DNA of 64,000 bases from Macrostomum lignano (taxonomy: Eukaryota), in contig NIVC01002860.1 in assembly GCA_002269645.1 (NCBI GenBank), forward strand, positions 70,575 through 134,574, written 5' to 3'. Position 1 is the first letter of the stretch. Every line of letters starts with the position of its first letter. This document shows positions 48,264 through 59,956 of this stretch, one piece after another. The notes beneath the pieces were generated by a model, which searched no databases, was not told the DNA's origin, and saw only the letters and a program-made list of their open reading frames with translations. The translations under genes were made by a program, and so were the position numbers.

Positions 48264-51200
48264 CTGCGGGTGGTTTGAGGGCGGTTGGCGTCAGCATGGG
48301 TCAGTGTTGGTGTCAGCATGGGGTCAGTGTTGGTGTCAGCATGGGGTCAGTGTTGATGTCAGCATGGGGTCAGTGTTGGTGTCAGCATGGGGTCAGTGTT
48401 GGTGTCAGCATGGGGTCAGTGTTGATGTCAGCATGGGGTCAGTGTTGATGTCAGCATGGGGTCAGTGTTGGTGTCAGCATGGGGTCAGTGTTGGCGTCAG
48501 CATGGGGTCAGTGTTGGTGTCAGCATGGGGTGAGTGTTGGCGTCAGCATGGGGTCAGTGTTGGTGTCAGCATGGGGTCAGTGTTGGCGTCAGCATGGGGT
48601 CAGTGTTGGTGTCAGCATGGGGTCAGTGTTGGCGTCAGCATGGGGTCAGTGTTGGCGTCAGCATGGGGTCAGTGTTGGCGTCAGCATGGGGTCAGTGTTG
48701 GTGTCAGCATGGGGTCAGTGTTGGCGTCAGCATGGGGTCAGTGTTGGCGTCAGCATGGGGTCAGTGTTGGCGTCAGCATGGGGTCAGTTTGGCGTCAGCA
48801 TGGGGTCAGTGTTGGCGTCAGCATGGGGTCAGTGTTGGCGTCAGCATGGGGTCAGTGTTGGTGTCAGCATGGGGTCAGTGTTGGTGTCAGTGTTGGTGTC
48901 AGCATGGGTCAGTGTTGGCGTCAGCATGGGGTCAGTGTTGGTGTCAGTGTTGGAGTCAGCATGGGTCAGTGTTGGCGTCAGCATGGGTCAGTGTTAGTGT
49001 CAGCATGGGGTCAGTGTTGGTGTCAGCATGGGGTCAGTGTTGATGTCAGCATGGGGTCAGTGTTGGTGTCAGCATGGGGTCAGTGTTGGCGTCAGCATGG
49101 GGTCAGTGTTGGTGTCAGCATGGGGTGAGTGTTGGCGTCAGCATGGGGTCAGTGTTGGTGTCAGCATGGGGTCAGTGTTGGCGTCAGTATGGGGTCAGTG
49201 TTGGTGTCAGCATGGGGTCAGTGTTGGCGTCAGCATGGGGTCAGTGTTGGCGTCAGCATGGGGTCAGTGTTGGCGTCAGCATGGGGTCAGTGTTGGTGTC
49301 AGCATGGGGTCAGTGTTGGTGTCAGCATGGGGTCAGTGTTGGTGTCAGCATGGGGTCAGTGTTGATGTCAGCATGGGGTCAGTGTTGGTGTCAGCATGGG
49401 GTCAGTGTTAACGTCAGCATGGGGTCAGTGTTAACGTCAGCATGGGGTCAGTGTTGGTGTCAGCATGGGGTCAGTGTTGGTGTCAGCATAGGGTCAGTGT
49501 TGGTGTCAGCATGGGGTCAGTGTTGGTGTCAGCATGGGGTCAGTGTTGGTGTCAGCATGGGGTCAGTGTTGGTGTCAGCATAGGGTCAGTGTTGGTGTCA
49601 GCATGGGGTCAGTGTTGGTGTCAGCATGGGGTCAGTGTTGGAGTCAGCATGGGGTCAGTGTTGGCGTCAGCATGGGGTCAGTGTTGGTGTCAGCATGGGG
49701 TCAGTGTTGGTGTCAGCATGGGGTCAGTGTTGATGTCAGCATGGGGTCAGTGTTGGTGTCAGCATGGGGTCAGTGTTGGTGTCAGCATGGGGTCAGTGTT
49801 GGCGTCAGCATGGGGTCAGTGTTGGTGTCAGCATGGGGTCAGTGTTGGCGTCAGCATGGGGTCAGTGTTGGCGTCAGCATGGGGTCAGTGTTGGTGTCAG
49901 CATGGGGTCAGTGTTGATGTCAGCATGGGGTCAGTGTTGGTGTCAGCATGGGGTCAGTGTTGGCGTCAGCATGGGGTCAGTGTTGGTGTCAGCATGGGGT
50001 GAGTGTTGGCGTCAGCATGGGGTCAGTGTTGGTGTCAGCATGGGGTCAGTGTTGGCGTCAGCATGGGGTCAGTGTTGGTGTCAGCATGGGGTCAGTGTTG
50101 GCGTCAGCATGGGGTCAGTGTTGGCGTCAGCATGGGGTCAGTGTTGGCGTCAGCATGGGGTCAGTGTTGGTGTCAGCATGGGGTCAGTGTTGGTGTCAGC
50201 ATGGGGTCAGTGTTGGTGTCAGCATGGGGTCAGTGTTGATGTCAGCATGGGGTCAGTGTTGGTGTCAGCATGGGGTCAGTGTTGGTGTCAGCATGGGGTC
50301 AGTGTTAACGTCAGCATGGGGTCAGTGTTGGTGTCAGCATGGGGTCAGTGTTGGTGTCAGCATGGGGTCAGTGTTGGTGTCAGCATGGGGTCAGTGTTGG
50401 TGTCAGCATGGGGTCAGTGTTGGAGTCAGCATGGGGTCAGTGTTGGTGTCAGCATAGGGTCAGTGTTGGTGTCAGCATGGGGTCAGTGTTGGTGTCAGCA
50501 TGGGGTCAGTGTTGGAGTCAGCATGGGGTCAGTGTTGGCGTCAGCATGGGGTCAGTGTTGGTGTCAGCATGGGGTCAGTGTTGGTGTCAGCATGGGGTCA
50601 GTGTTGATGTCAGCATGGGGTCAGTGTTGGTGTCAGCATGGGGTCAGTGTTGGTGTCAGCATGGGGTCAGTGTTGGCGTCAGCATGGGGTCAGTGTTGGT
50701 GTCAGCATGGGGTCAGTGTTGGAGTCAGCATGGGGTCAGTGTTGGTGTCAGCATGGGGTCAGTGTTGGTGTCAGCATGGGGTCAGTGTTGGTGTCAGCAT
50801 GGGGTCAGTGTTGGCGTCAGCATGGGGTCAGTGTTGGCGTCAGCATGGGGTCAGTGTTGGCGTCAGCATGGGGTCAGTGTTGGCGTCAGCATGGGGTCAG
50901 TGTTGGTGTCAGCATGGGGTCAGTGTTGGCGTCAGCATGGGGTCAGTGTTGGCGTCAGCATGGGGTCAGTGTTGGCGTCAGCATGGGGTCAGTGTTGGTG
51001 TCAGCATGGGGTCAGTGTTGGTGTCAGTGTTGGTGTCAGCATGGGTCAGTGTTGGCGTCAGCATGGGGTCAGTGTTGGTGTCAGTGTTGGAGTCAGCATG
51101 GGTCAGTGTTGGCGTCAGCATGGGTCAGTGTTGGTGTCAGCATGGGGTCAGTGTTGGTGTCAGCATGGGGTCAGTGTTGATGTCAGCATGGGGTCAGTGT

Positions 51201-54200
51201 TGGTGTCAGCATGGGGTCAGTGTTGGCGTCAGCATGGGGTCAGTGTTGGTGTCAGCATGGGGTGAGTGTTGGCGTCAGCATGGGGTCAGTGTTGGTGTCA
51301 GCATGGGGTCAGTGTTGGCGTCAGCATGGGGTCAGTGTTGGTGTCAGCATGGGGTCAGTGTTGGCGTCAGCATGGGGTCAGTGTTGGCGTCAGCATGGGG
51401 TCAGTGTTGGCGTCAGCATGGGGTCAGTGTTGGTGTCAGCATGGGGTCAGTGTTGGCGTCAGCATGGGGTCAGTGTTGGCGTCAGCATGGGGTCAGTGTT
51501 GGCGTCAGCATGGGGTCAGTTTTGGCGTCAGCATGGGGTCAGTGTTGGTGTCAGCATGGGGTCAGTGTTGGCGTCAGCATGGGGTCAGTGTTGGCGTCAG
51601 CATGGGGTCAGTGTTGGTGTCAGCATGGGGTCAGTGTTGGCGTCAGCATGGGGTCAGTGTTGGCGTCAGCATGGGGTCAGTGTTGGTGTCAGCATGGGGT
51701 CAGTGTTGGTGTCAGCATGGGGTCAGTGTTGATGTCAGCATGGGGTCAGTGTTGGTGTCAGCATGGGGTCAGTGTTGGCGTCAGCATGGGGTCAGTGTTG
51801 GTGTCAGCATGGGGTGAGTGTTGGTGTCAGCATGGGGTCAGTGTTGGTGTCAGCATGGGGTCAGTGTTAACGTCAGCATGGGGTCAGTGTTGGTGTCAGC
51901 ATGGGGTCAGTGTTGGTGTCAGCATGGGGTCAGTGTTGGTGTCAGCATGGGGTCAGTGTTGGAGTCAGCATGGGGTCAGTGTTGGTGTCAGCATAGGGTC
52001 AGTGTTGGTGTCAGCATGGGGTCAGTGTTGGTGTCAGCATAGGGTCAGTGTTGGCGTCAGCATGGGGTCAGTGTTGGTGTCAGCATGGGGTCAGTGTTGG
52101 TGTCAGCATGGGGTCAGTGTTGATGTCAGCATGGGGTCAGTGTTGGTGTCAGCATGGGGTCAGTGTTGGCGTCAGCATGGGGTCAGTGTTGATGTCAGCA
52201 TGGGGTCAGTGTTGGTGTCAGCATGGGGTCAGTGTTGGTGTCAGCATGGGGTCAGTGTTAACGTCAGCATGGGGTCAGTGTTGGTGTCAGCATGGGGTCA
52301 GTGTTGGTGTCAGCATAGGGTCAGTGTTGGTGTCAGCATGGGGTCAGTGTTGGTGTCAGCATGGGGTCAGTGTTGGTGTCAGCATGGGGTCAGTGTTGGT
52401 GTCAGCATGGGGTCATTGCGGATTCAGAATAGGGTGTGGGCATACGGGGTCAGCATGGGGTGTAGGATCACATGGGGTCATTGTGGTGGAATCAGAATGG
52501 GTCGTGGGGTCACGTGGGGTCAGTGCGGGGTCAGCATGGGGTGTGGGGTCACATGGGGTCAGTGCGGGGTCAGCATGGCTTGTGGGGTCACACGGGTCAG
52601 TGTCCTGAGTCACTGAGCAGTCCACAATCGATGAAAAGCAGTCGCACCGTGTGAATGAAGCTCTCAACCCGGGTCTGCAGGCCGAACCACTTGAACTCGC
52701 AGGTGACGAGCTTGTAGGCGCACATGACCGGCCCATTGTAGTTCTGCCACCAGGGATTGTTCACCAGCGGCCCGCGGTCGGTCTTCTCCGACTTGAACAG
52801 CTTGGGGTCGAACTCGCGCTTGTAGTCAGAGTTGGAGTACAGCTTGTCGTTGGCGATGTCGATGTACACAACCTCCCGCTTGCTGAGCAGATCTGGCGGC
52901 AGCTGGTGCACATTCTGCTGCGTGCCAGCGTCCTGCACGTGCATGGACTCGATCTTGATGAAGAAGTTCTCCTTCATGTAGCCGGGGTTCTCCACCACAG
53001 TGCGGCAGTAGGGGTAGGCGTTCCAGGCCGTCTCCGTCATCTCCAGCGAGCCCGACGGCGCCAGCAGGCGGATGAACTTCGGCACCTTGCTGGAGAGGTT
53101 GAGGGCCGGGTCCAATAGTAGCAGATGGAGAGGCTTATGGGTAGGATGCAATTCAAATGGGTGCGTGGCGATTAGGGGCAGAAGTTCTCTCTGGCTGGAG
53201 GGGCCATTTAGGAGCAATTCTAAAAGGGAATTTAGGGCGATTCTCGAAGGAAATTTAGGGCGATTCTAAAAGGAAATTTAGAGGCGATCTAGAAGGGAAT
53301 TTGGGGGCGATTCTAGAAGGGAATTTAGGGGCGATTCTAGAAGGGAATTTAGGGGCGATTCTAGAAGGGAATTTAGGGACGATTCTAGAAGGGAATTTAG
53401 GGCGATTTTAGAAGGGAATTTAGGGCGATTCTAGAAGGGAATTTAAGGACGATTCTAGGAGGGAATTTAGGGGCGATTCTAGAAGGGAATTTAGGGCGAT
53501 TCTAGAAGGGAATTTAGGGGCGATTCTAGAAGGGAATTTAGGGGCGATTCTAGAAGGGAATTTAGGGGCGATTCTAGAAAGAAATTTAGGGCGATTTTAG
53601 AAGGGAATTTAGGGGCGACTCTAAAAGGAAATTTAGGGGCGATTTTAGAAGGGAATTTAGAAACGATTCTAGAGGGGAATTTTGAGAATTTTAAAAAAGG
53701 AATTTAGGGGCAATTCTAGAAGGGAATTTAGGGGCGATTATAGAGGATCTAGAAGGGAGATATGGAGATATGTCCACGCACTTCTGCAGCTTGTAGATCT
53801 TGTACGTGTACTGCCCATTCGCTCGGTTGCCTAGCAGAGGCGTCTTAGGCGGCCACTTGTTGGCCTTGACATCGAAAGGCTCGTTGTGCACCACCATGAT
53901 GCCCTCGCCGCCGCCAGTCTCCTGCTTGGATGCTTCGGCAACAGAAAAGAGCTGAGCGCAGTGGTACTCCTCCACTGTCATTGGCAGGATAACTCGGCTA
54001 GACAAAAAAGTAAAAAAAAATTGGCAAATAAGGTCAAGGCAAAAGTCAATGAGAAATCTGAGAACTAAGCCAGTTGGTCAAAAGGATTTTGTGCACTATC
54101 TACTGATTAGGACTGTTTTATAAGACACCTTTTTTAGTCATTGAAGTCCAAATCCATTATCTCTACAAACATATAGTATAGATGTAGTCAGAAAATGACT

Positions 54201-57200
54201 TTTAATAAAAATTTGACTATTATGAATTCAAATATAAACACTAAAAGATATTTTATAAACTAAAAATATTTTACATTGCACAAATGTTTAGAAGTGTACA
54301 ATGTTGAATAAATTTGTTAGAATAAGAGTTCTGCTATAGCTATAGATCTATGGCTATAAGAATTTTTAGATACTGATATTTTTAGACAAAACATATAGAT
54401 ATAGATATGGTTATAGGAATATATACCTCCTATATCTATTTGACATTCAATAAAAGAGAATTAAAAGACTCAAAGGACCATTGGAACCCTTGATTTTTTA
54501 GGAAGGGTAGAGAATAGAAATGAATGAATGTTGCTAATTTTAAAGCTTTTGTAAAAAGAGGACTTCACATCTCAACAAAGATTTTAACAAAGGATAATAC
54601 ATGATTGTAATCCTAGCTATTCTTAATAAATTAATTAGACCAATTTATAAATGATAAGTTAAATTATTTTTATCATTTTAACTTTATCATTATATTACAA
54701 TAAATGATAGAAAAATTTGCTTATGTTTATATTTATAATATGAATATGATAATATAAATATATCTAACAAGTCTAGTTTAAATAGATAGATTTTTTCTAT
54801 GCAATCACATCATATAAGAATTTCTTGAAATCATACCAGAGCAGATGTTATCTACAAAAAAGGGATATATTTATATCTGGAAAACAATTTTGAAATATAG
54901 CTTTGTTTTATATAAATGAAAATATAGTTTATAGATATTTTGTCTGTTATATTTAAACATCTAGTCATAGAAAGGATCTAACTAAAATTAATAAAATGGC
55001 TAAATGAATCTAAAGTTAAAACAATTATAAATAATATTCGATATAATGTTTAATATATCTTAGTATAAATATGGCAGTTGGTATTGTTACAGTGACTATA
55101 TAATTATAAATATTAAATCGCAAAAAGATTACCTAAAATAAGCTAGGTTAAGTCAATGACAAGAGCCACTAGAAGCCTTATAATCAATATATAACAGTAG
55201 GAATGCCAATCCATTTTTCTGCCTGTCAAACTACCAAGAGGGGGGGGGAATTTACCCCTCCCTGACAATTTTTTTGCTGCACCAGAATGGAGCAACACAG
55301 CCACACAAAATTTAGGAACACAAGCTAAATTTTTGTTGTGCACCTTCTCAAACAAAAATCAAGTCGCCAGCCTTCTGGACCATTGAGATATTTGATGATT
55401 CTGCCAGAAGGTCAGATTTTTCCAATAAGCTCCAGTGTATTCAATACAACCCCTATGTACCAATCAGCACTGCCCCTTAGTGCAGCCTTGCCAAGCCTCT
55501 AAATTTCATCAGCACCTCGACCACATGTGTTTGCATCAGCTCTGACTTTTTTTAGTCACTGGCCTTCACCAAGATGGAGCTTCTAGACCTTCAACAGGTG
55601 GCACCAGGTGACTATGAATGCCCTGATACAAATTTCTTGAGTTTTGCTGATCAAGCCTTGACAGTGGGCAAAATTCAACTGCTAGGTATCCTCAGCTATT
55701 CTCTCAAGCATTCTGTCATCACCCAGACGCCATCGGCACCTTCAATAGATTACACTAGCTGACTATAGATAGTCTGATGCAAATTTTTATAGTTTCTCTG
55801 ATCAAGCCTTGACAATGGGCAAGCATCAACCGTGGGGCATTCTCAGCTTGTCTTTCAAGCATTCAGTCATCACCCGGATGCCATCGGCACCTTTAACAGA
55901 TTACACCAGGTGACTATAGACATCCTATTGCAACTATATCAGGTTTTTCTTATCAAGCTTCAATATGGGCAAGCCTCAACTGCTAGACATCTTGAGTTAT
56001 CAGCAACAACTCCAGGCCTAGAAGTTCTTGGCCTTAGTCAGGTCAAGGCTTTGGTCAAGTCCAAGGCTAAGGCCAAGGCCTTGACCATAAGATGAAATTA
56101 GACAAAATGAGAAATGGACAATGAGACAAAACCATAAGCCATATGATTAGTAGGCAGTTGCTCAAACTAAAAAATTGACTCTAGTCTGCATGAATAAAGT
56201 GAGCAAGAGCTCATTGGCATTTGCTTAGAAGTTCTTGCTCCTGAGCTGTTGCTCAGTAATTTCAGAAATTTTCAAAGTCTAAGCATTTACTTTTGTCAGT
56301 ATAAATAAAAACTAGACCATAAATAAATTTTAGTACTTTTTACTTAATATTCAGTCTACACAGTAAATTAGCAAGCTTTTTTTGTAATTTCTTCTCTTGG
56401 CAAACATTTGGTTCAGTTTACAGTTCAATTAACTTATTATATCATCATGTTTATGTCATCACATTGGGTGATGATAGACTAAGAGTCTAATTGAGAATGA
56501 CCAAAAGTTAAAATTTGCCTATAATTGATGCTTGTGCAGCTACATTAAAGAAATTCATAACAGGGTATTCATAGTAACTTGGTGCTACCATGGACAACTA
56601 GAGTATTTTAGTTGTCTAAGGGTGCCATCTGTTCAAGGTGCTGACGGCATCAGGGTGATGACGGGATGCTTGAAAGACTAGCTGAGGATGTCTAGCAGCT
56701 GAGGCTTGCCCACTGTTGAGGCTTGATCAGCAAAACTCAAGAAATTTTTATTAGACACTTATAGTCACCTGGTATAATCTGTTGAAGGTGCCGATGGCAT
56801 CGGGGTGATGACTGAATGCTTGAGAGACTAGCTAAGAATGTCAAATAGTTGAGGCTTGCCTATTATCAAAGCTTGATAAGAAAAACCTAACATAGTTAGA
56901 ATAGGATGTCCATAGTCACCTAGTATAATCTATTGAAGGTGTCAATGGGCAATGGCATAGGGGTGATGACTGAATGTTTGAGAGTCCAGCTGAGGATACC
57001 CAGCAGTTGAGTTTTGCATATTGTCAAGACTTGATCAGCAAAACTTGAGAAAAAAATAGTATCAGGGTGTCTATAGTCATTTGGTACCACCTGTTGAAGG
57101 TCCAGAAGCTCTGCCTGGCTAAAGGCCAGGTACCAATGAAGTCAGAGCTGATACAGACATATGTGGTTGATGTGCTGATAAAATTTGGAGACTTGACAAA

Positions 57201-57917
57201 GCTGCACTAAGGCACAATGCTGATTGGTACATAGGGATATACTAAATACACTGGCGCTATAGGAAAAATCCAACCTGGCAGAATCATCAAATATATTGAT
57301 GGTCTAAAGGGCTGGAAACTTGATTCTTGTTTTAAAAGGTACACAACAAAAAGTTAACTTGTGTTCTTGAATTTCATGCACCTGTGTTGCTCCACTCTGG
57401 TGCAGCAAAAAAATTGTTGAACTCCCCCTCTTGGTAGTTCTACCATTAATGTCATAAATAAATCATAGATAAATTTGTAATTTTGTCATTGAATTTTTCT
57501 TGTTTTTTTAATTTAATTATCTCTTATTAGTTTATTTGCATTGCAAGTTTGTTATTTAATTTAGATAATATTTGTTTTATATGCTGACCATAAAAATAAC
57601 CATCTTGCTATTTATGGTCCTTTTAACAATAACAACTGCCTTTAAATATATTTTTAACTTATATTACTCACATTTTTAGTTAGATAATGCTTATTCCAAT
57701 CAAGCATTGATTAAAACTAAGCCTAAGGCCTAATAAAAAGTTCTTACCTAATGATTTTTAGGAAAAAACTTTATTTGTGGCAAATTTTTAGACATGATAC
57801 TAAAAAGCATAAAAGATTAAATAAAGCCAATGTCAATGACATGCAGATTAGGAATATGTCTAGTACAATCAAGACAAAAACAAATTAAAAAATTACTTAC
57901 TATTCCTTAATTAACAT
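48096..57917 (-). CDS. PITPNA: Class I phosphatidylinositol transfer protein (PITP alpha/beta-like, vibrator-like); complement(join(48096..48263,52648..53089,53782..53997,57901..57917)), 843 nt = 280 aa
   Basis: [82 protein letters not shown]-binding residues equivalent to T59, K61, E86, N90, C95 are present. All introns GT-AG, phases 2,2,0. The alpha/beta split is vertebrate-specific, so the symbol is nominal. Confidence 0.95.
48288..52600. repeat. Minisatellite, 23-bp GTCAGCATGGGGTCAGTGTTGG(T/C) (~185 copies; PITP intron 3)
   Basis: Direct inspection; degenerate at the 52400-52600 end. Confidence 0.95.
52648..53089 (-). CDS. PITPNA: PITP exon 3
   Basis: [29 protein letters not shown]; donor GTGCGA. 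Confidence 0.95.
53210..53745. repeat. Minisatellite, 23/24-bp CGATTCTAGAAGGGAATTTAGGG(G) (PITP intron 2)
   Basis: Period 24 (53521/53545). Confidence 0.88.
53782..53997 (-). CDS. PITPNA: PITP exon 2
   Basis: T-rich tract+TAG acceptor; [22 protein letters not shown]; donor GTGCGT. Confidence 0.93.
55229..57439. mobile_element. Foldback-like non-autonomous inverted-repeat element (~2.2 kb) in PITP intron 1
   Basis: Left end AACTACCAAGAGGGGG..TTTTTTTGCTGCACCAGA matches the reverse complement of ..TCTGGTGCAGCAAAAAAA..CCCCCTCTTGGTAGTT. Diverged ~750-800 bp arms, each with ~3 copies of a ~151-bp subrepeat; AT-rich spacer; no TSD or transposase seen. Confidence 0.65.
57901..57917 (-). CDS. PITPNA: PITP exon 1 (17 nt, MLIKE-Y)
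   Basis: Minus strand ATG TTA ATT AAG GAA TA|GTAAGT; phase 2 matches exon 2 and the vertebrate KEY|RV intron position as I recall it. Confidence 0.85.
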
Positions 57918-59446
57918 GATTCTTGTACCGGTCTAAGATAGTTGTCAGTTTTTTTAAATACAGAAGTTCGGAAAAGAAAAATTTAAATAAGAAGGTAGAC
58001 GAGTATTTGGGAGTAATAATGACTAGTGTTCTTGACTAGTGTAGTCACTAAAAAGGCAATTGCAAAATAAAATTAATATTAATCGGCCTATTTCAAAACA
58101 GTAATAATAAATCAATTGTGTATAATATCTCACTAAAATACTAATTTTAAAGTATGATCCCAATAACAATACAATATAAAATACAGTACCCACTAAAGTC
58201 AGGCTAATCGTGTCCAGCGAAGCAAGAAGAGAACTGCAGTGAGCAATGAGAAGTTAAAATAACAAAAAGAAGCTTTTTTGAATAACGATATTAAAGCAAG
58301 ATTAAGAAAGTCTAAAAAAAAATACAACGTGCTTCAGACTTTTTTAAATAAATAACTAAGCGTTAACATTAACTATTAGGACTATAATAAGAAGCATATA
58401 TTTTAAAAAGTTCTGCTAGCCTTGATATTATCAATAAAATATATTTGATTTCGTAAAAATCGACGAGATATTTTTAGCGGCGCCCGCAAACTGCTGTTTA
58501 ACTATTCTAACCCTACACTGGCTACAGTTTAGCTAGTGGAGCCTGGTTTTCTATGTCGTGGGTTTATCAATGTGTTTTGTGTGCTTAATTTTTTAAGTGC
58601 TTTTATAAAACTTCAGTCTATACTTTTCTATTTAGATCAATTTTTATTACCAGCAGCATTGTACTTCAAAAAATCTTAAAATAGGCCTAGTATATCTCTA
58701 TAGAGAAGCTACTCACCATCAAAATTGTAACAAGTTTTGTATGTAATGTCAATTAGTAAAAATCTATTGCAAAAGGCTCCTTTCTATGTCATATGTGTTA
58801 CACCTATTATGCTTTTGTGGTGCAGCTAGAGGAATGTTTTTTTAAATATTTTAGAAAGCAATACATATTTTTTTACCTGAAAAATGTTTCTTCTATGAAA
58901 ACTATCACTTTTTTCTCTAACATTTTCTTTAGGCTTAATGTAAATTATGCATGTAAATTAAATTATGTAAAAAAACTTTCAAATTAAAGCAGTATGCAAT
59001 GAATGCCTGCAGGCTTATAGGCAAAGTATTGAATTTTTGTATTTTCACTAATATACTCATAATTTTTAGGGATGTTTGAAGAAAATCGCTTGAGGGCTTT
59101 TTTCTCTAACCAATCACATAGATGTATAAGCACAGACAGACCATTTTTAGTATATAGATTATGAAAGTGAAAGCTTTTTAAAATAAAAAAATACATTAAA
59201 ATTCTGAAACTGAACTTTTAGTTTATTTTCTATACTCTTCACTATAGGGCCTATATTGACATGCAAAAGCTTCTCTAATACATTGCTAACAAATTTAAAG
59301 ATTGGTGCTCTTTTTAATGCCAAACCAGTATACACAATTCGTGAAAAGACTCTGAATGACCATCAGTGACATGCCATTTAGTTGCTTTGTCAGATAGATG
59401 TCAAATTCTTCAAAAAGACTTGAACCTGAACCACTGCAGCTGACAA

Positions 59447-59956
59447 ATGGGCAACGAACTGAGCGCGCCCATTCGATCAACTCCCGAGAGTCTGTTCTCC
59501 ATCACCATGCGCTCATCCAATCAGCTGTTGGTGCTGAACGCGGGCAGCGAGCTGGGCCGGCAGCTGAACAGCCTCGTCAACAAAGAGTATGACAATGGCG
59601 TCAAGCACGAGTCCGCCTACCCGCACGACCTGCGCATCTTCCACCTCAACGATGCGCCGTTCCACGCCGACAGCGGCCAGGAGGCCGGCGTGGCCGCCAA
59701 GCGGCTTCTCTGTGTCCTGCTGCGCCACCTGCTGTCGACCGGCTTCCAGCCTGTGGTGGCCACCGACCTCTGTCGCAAGTACGAGGTATCCTCGCTGTGC
59801 TTTGCCACCGGCTCAGCGGCCGGTGCCGCCGCTGCCGCATCCGCCGCTCCTCCGTGCGACGGTCCGGTCGCCTGCGTGGCATTCAGTGACGGCTGCCTGC
59901 TGCAGCTTATCGAATGCGACAACCCGCTGATTCAGGCCATCCAACGCTGCGTCCAG
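59447..59956 (+). CDS. Four-repeat protein exon 1
   Basis: MGNELSAPIRS..AIQRCVQ; ends at CAG|GCAAGT (GC donor). Confidence 0.82.

Noticed and set aside
49764-52616. 950-aa ORF and overlapping ORFs
   Set aside because: Translation of a 23-bp tandem repeat inside PITP intron 3 on the opposite strand.
53210-53745. Interstitial telomere
   Set aside because: Only one TTAGGG per 24-bp unit, not a tandem hexamer array.
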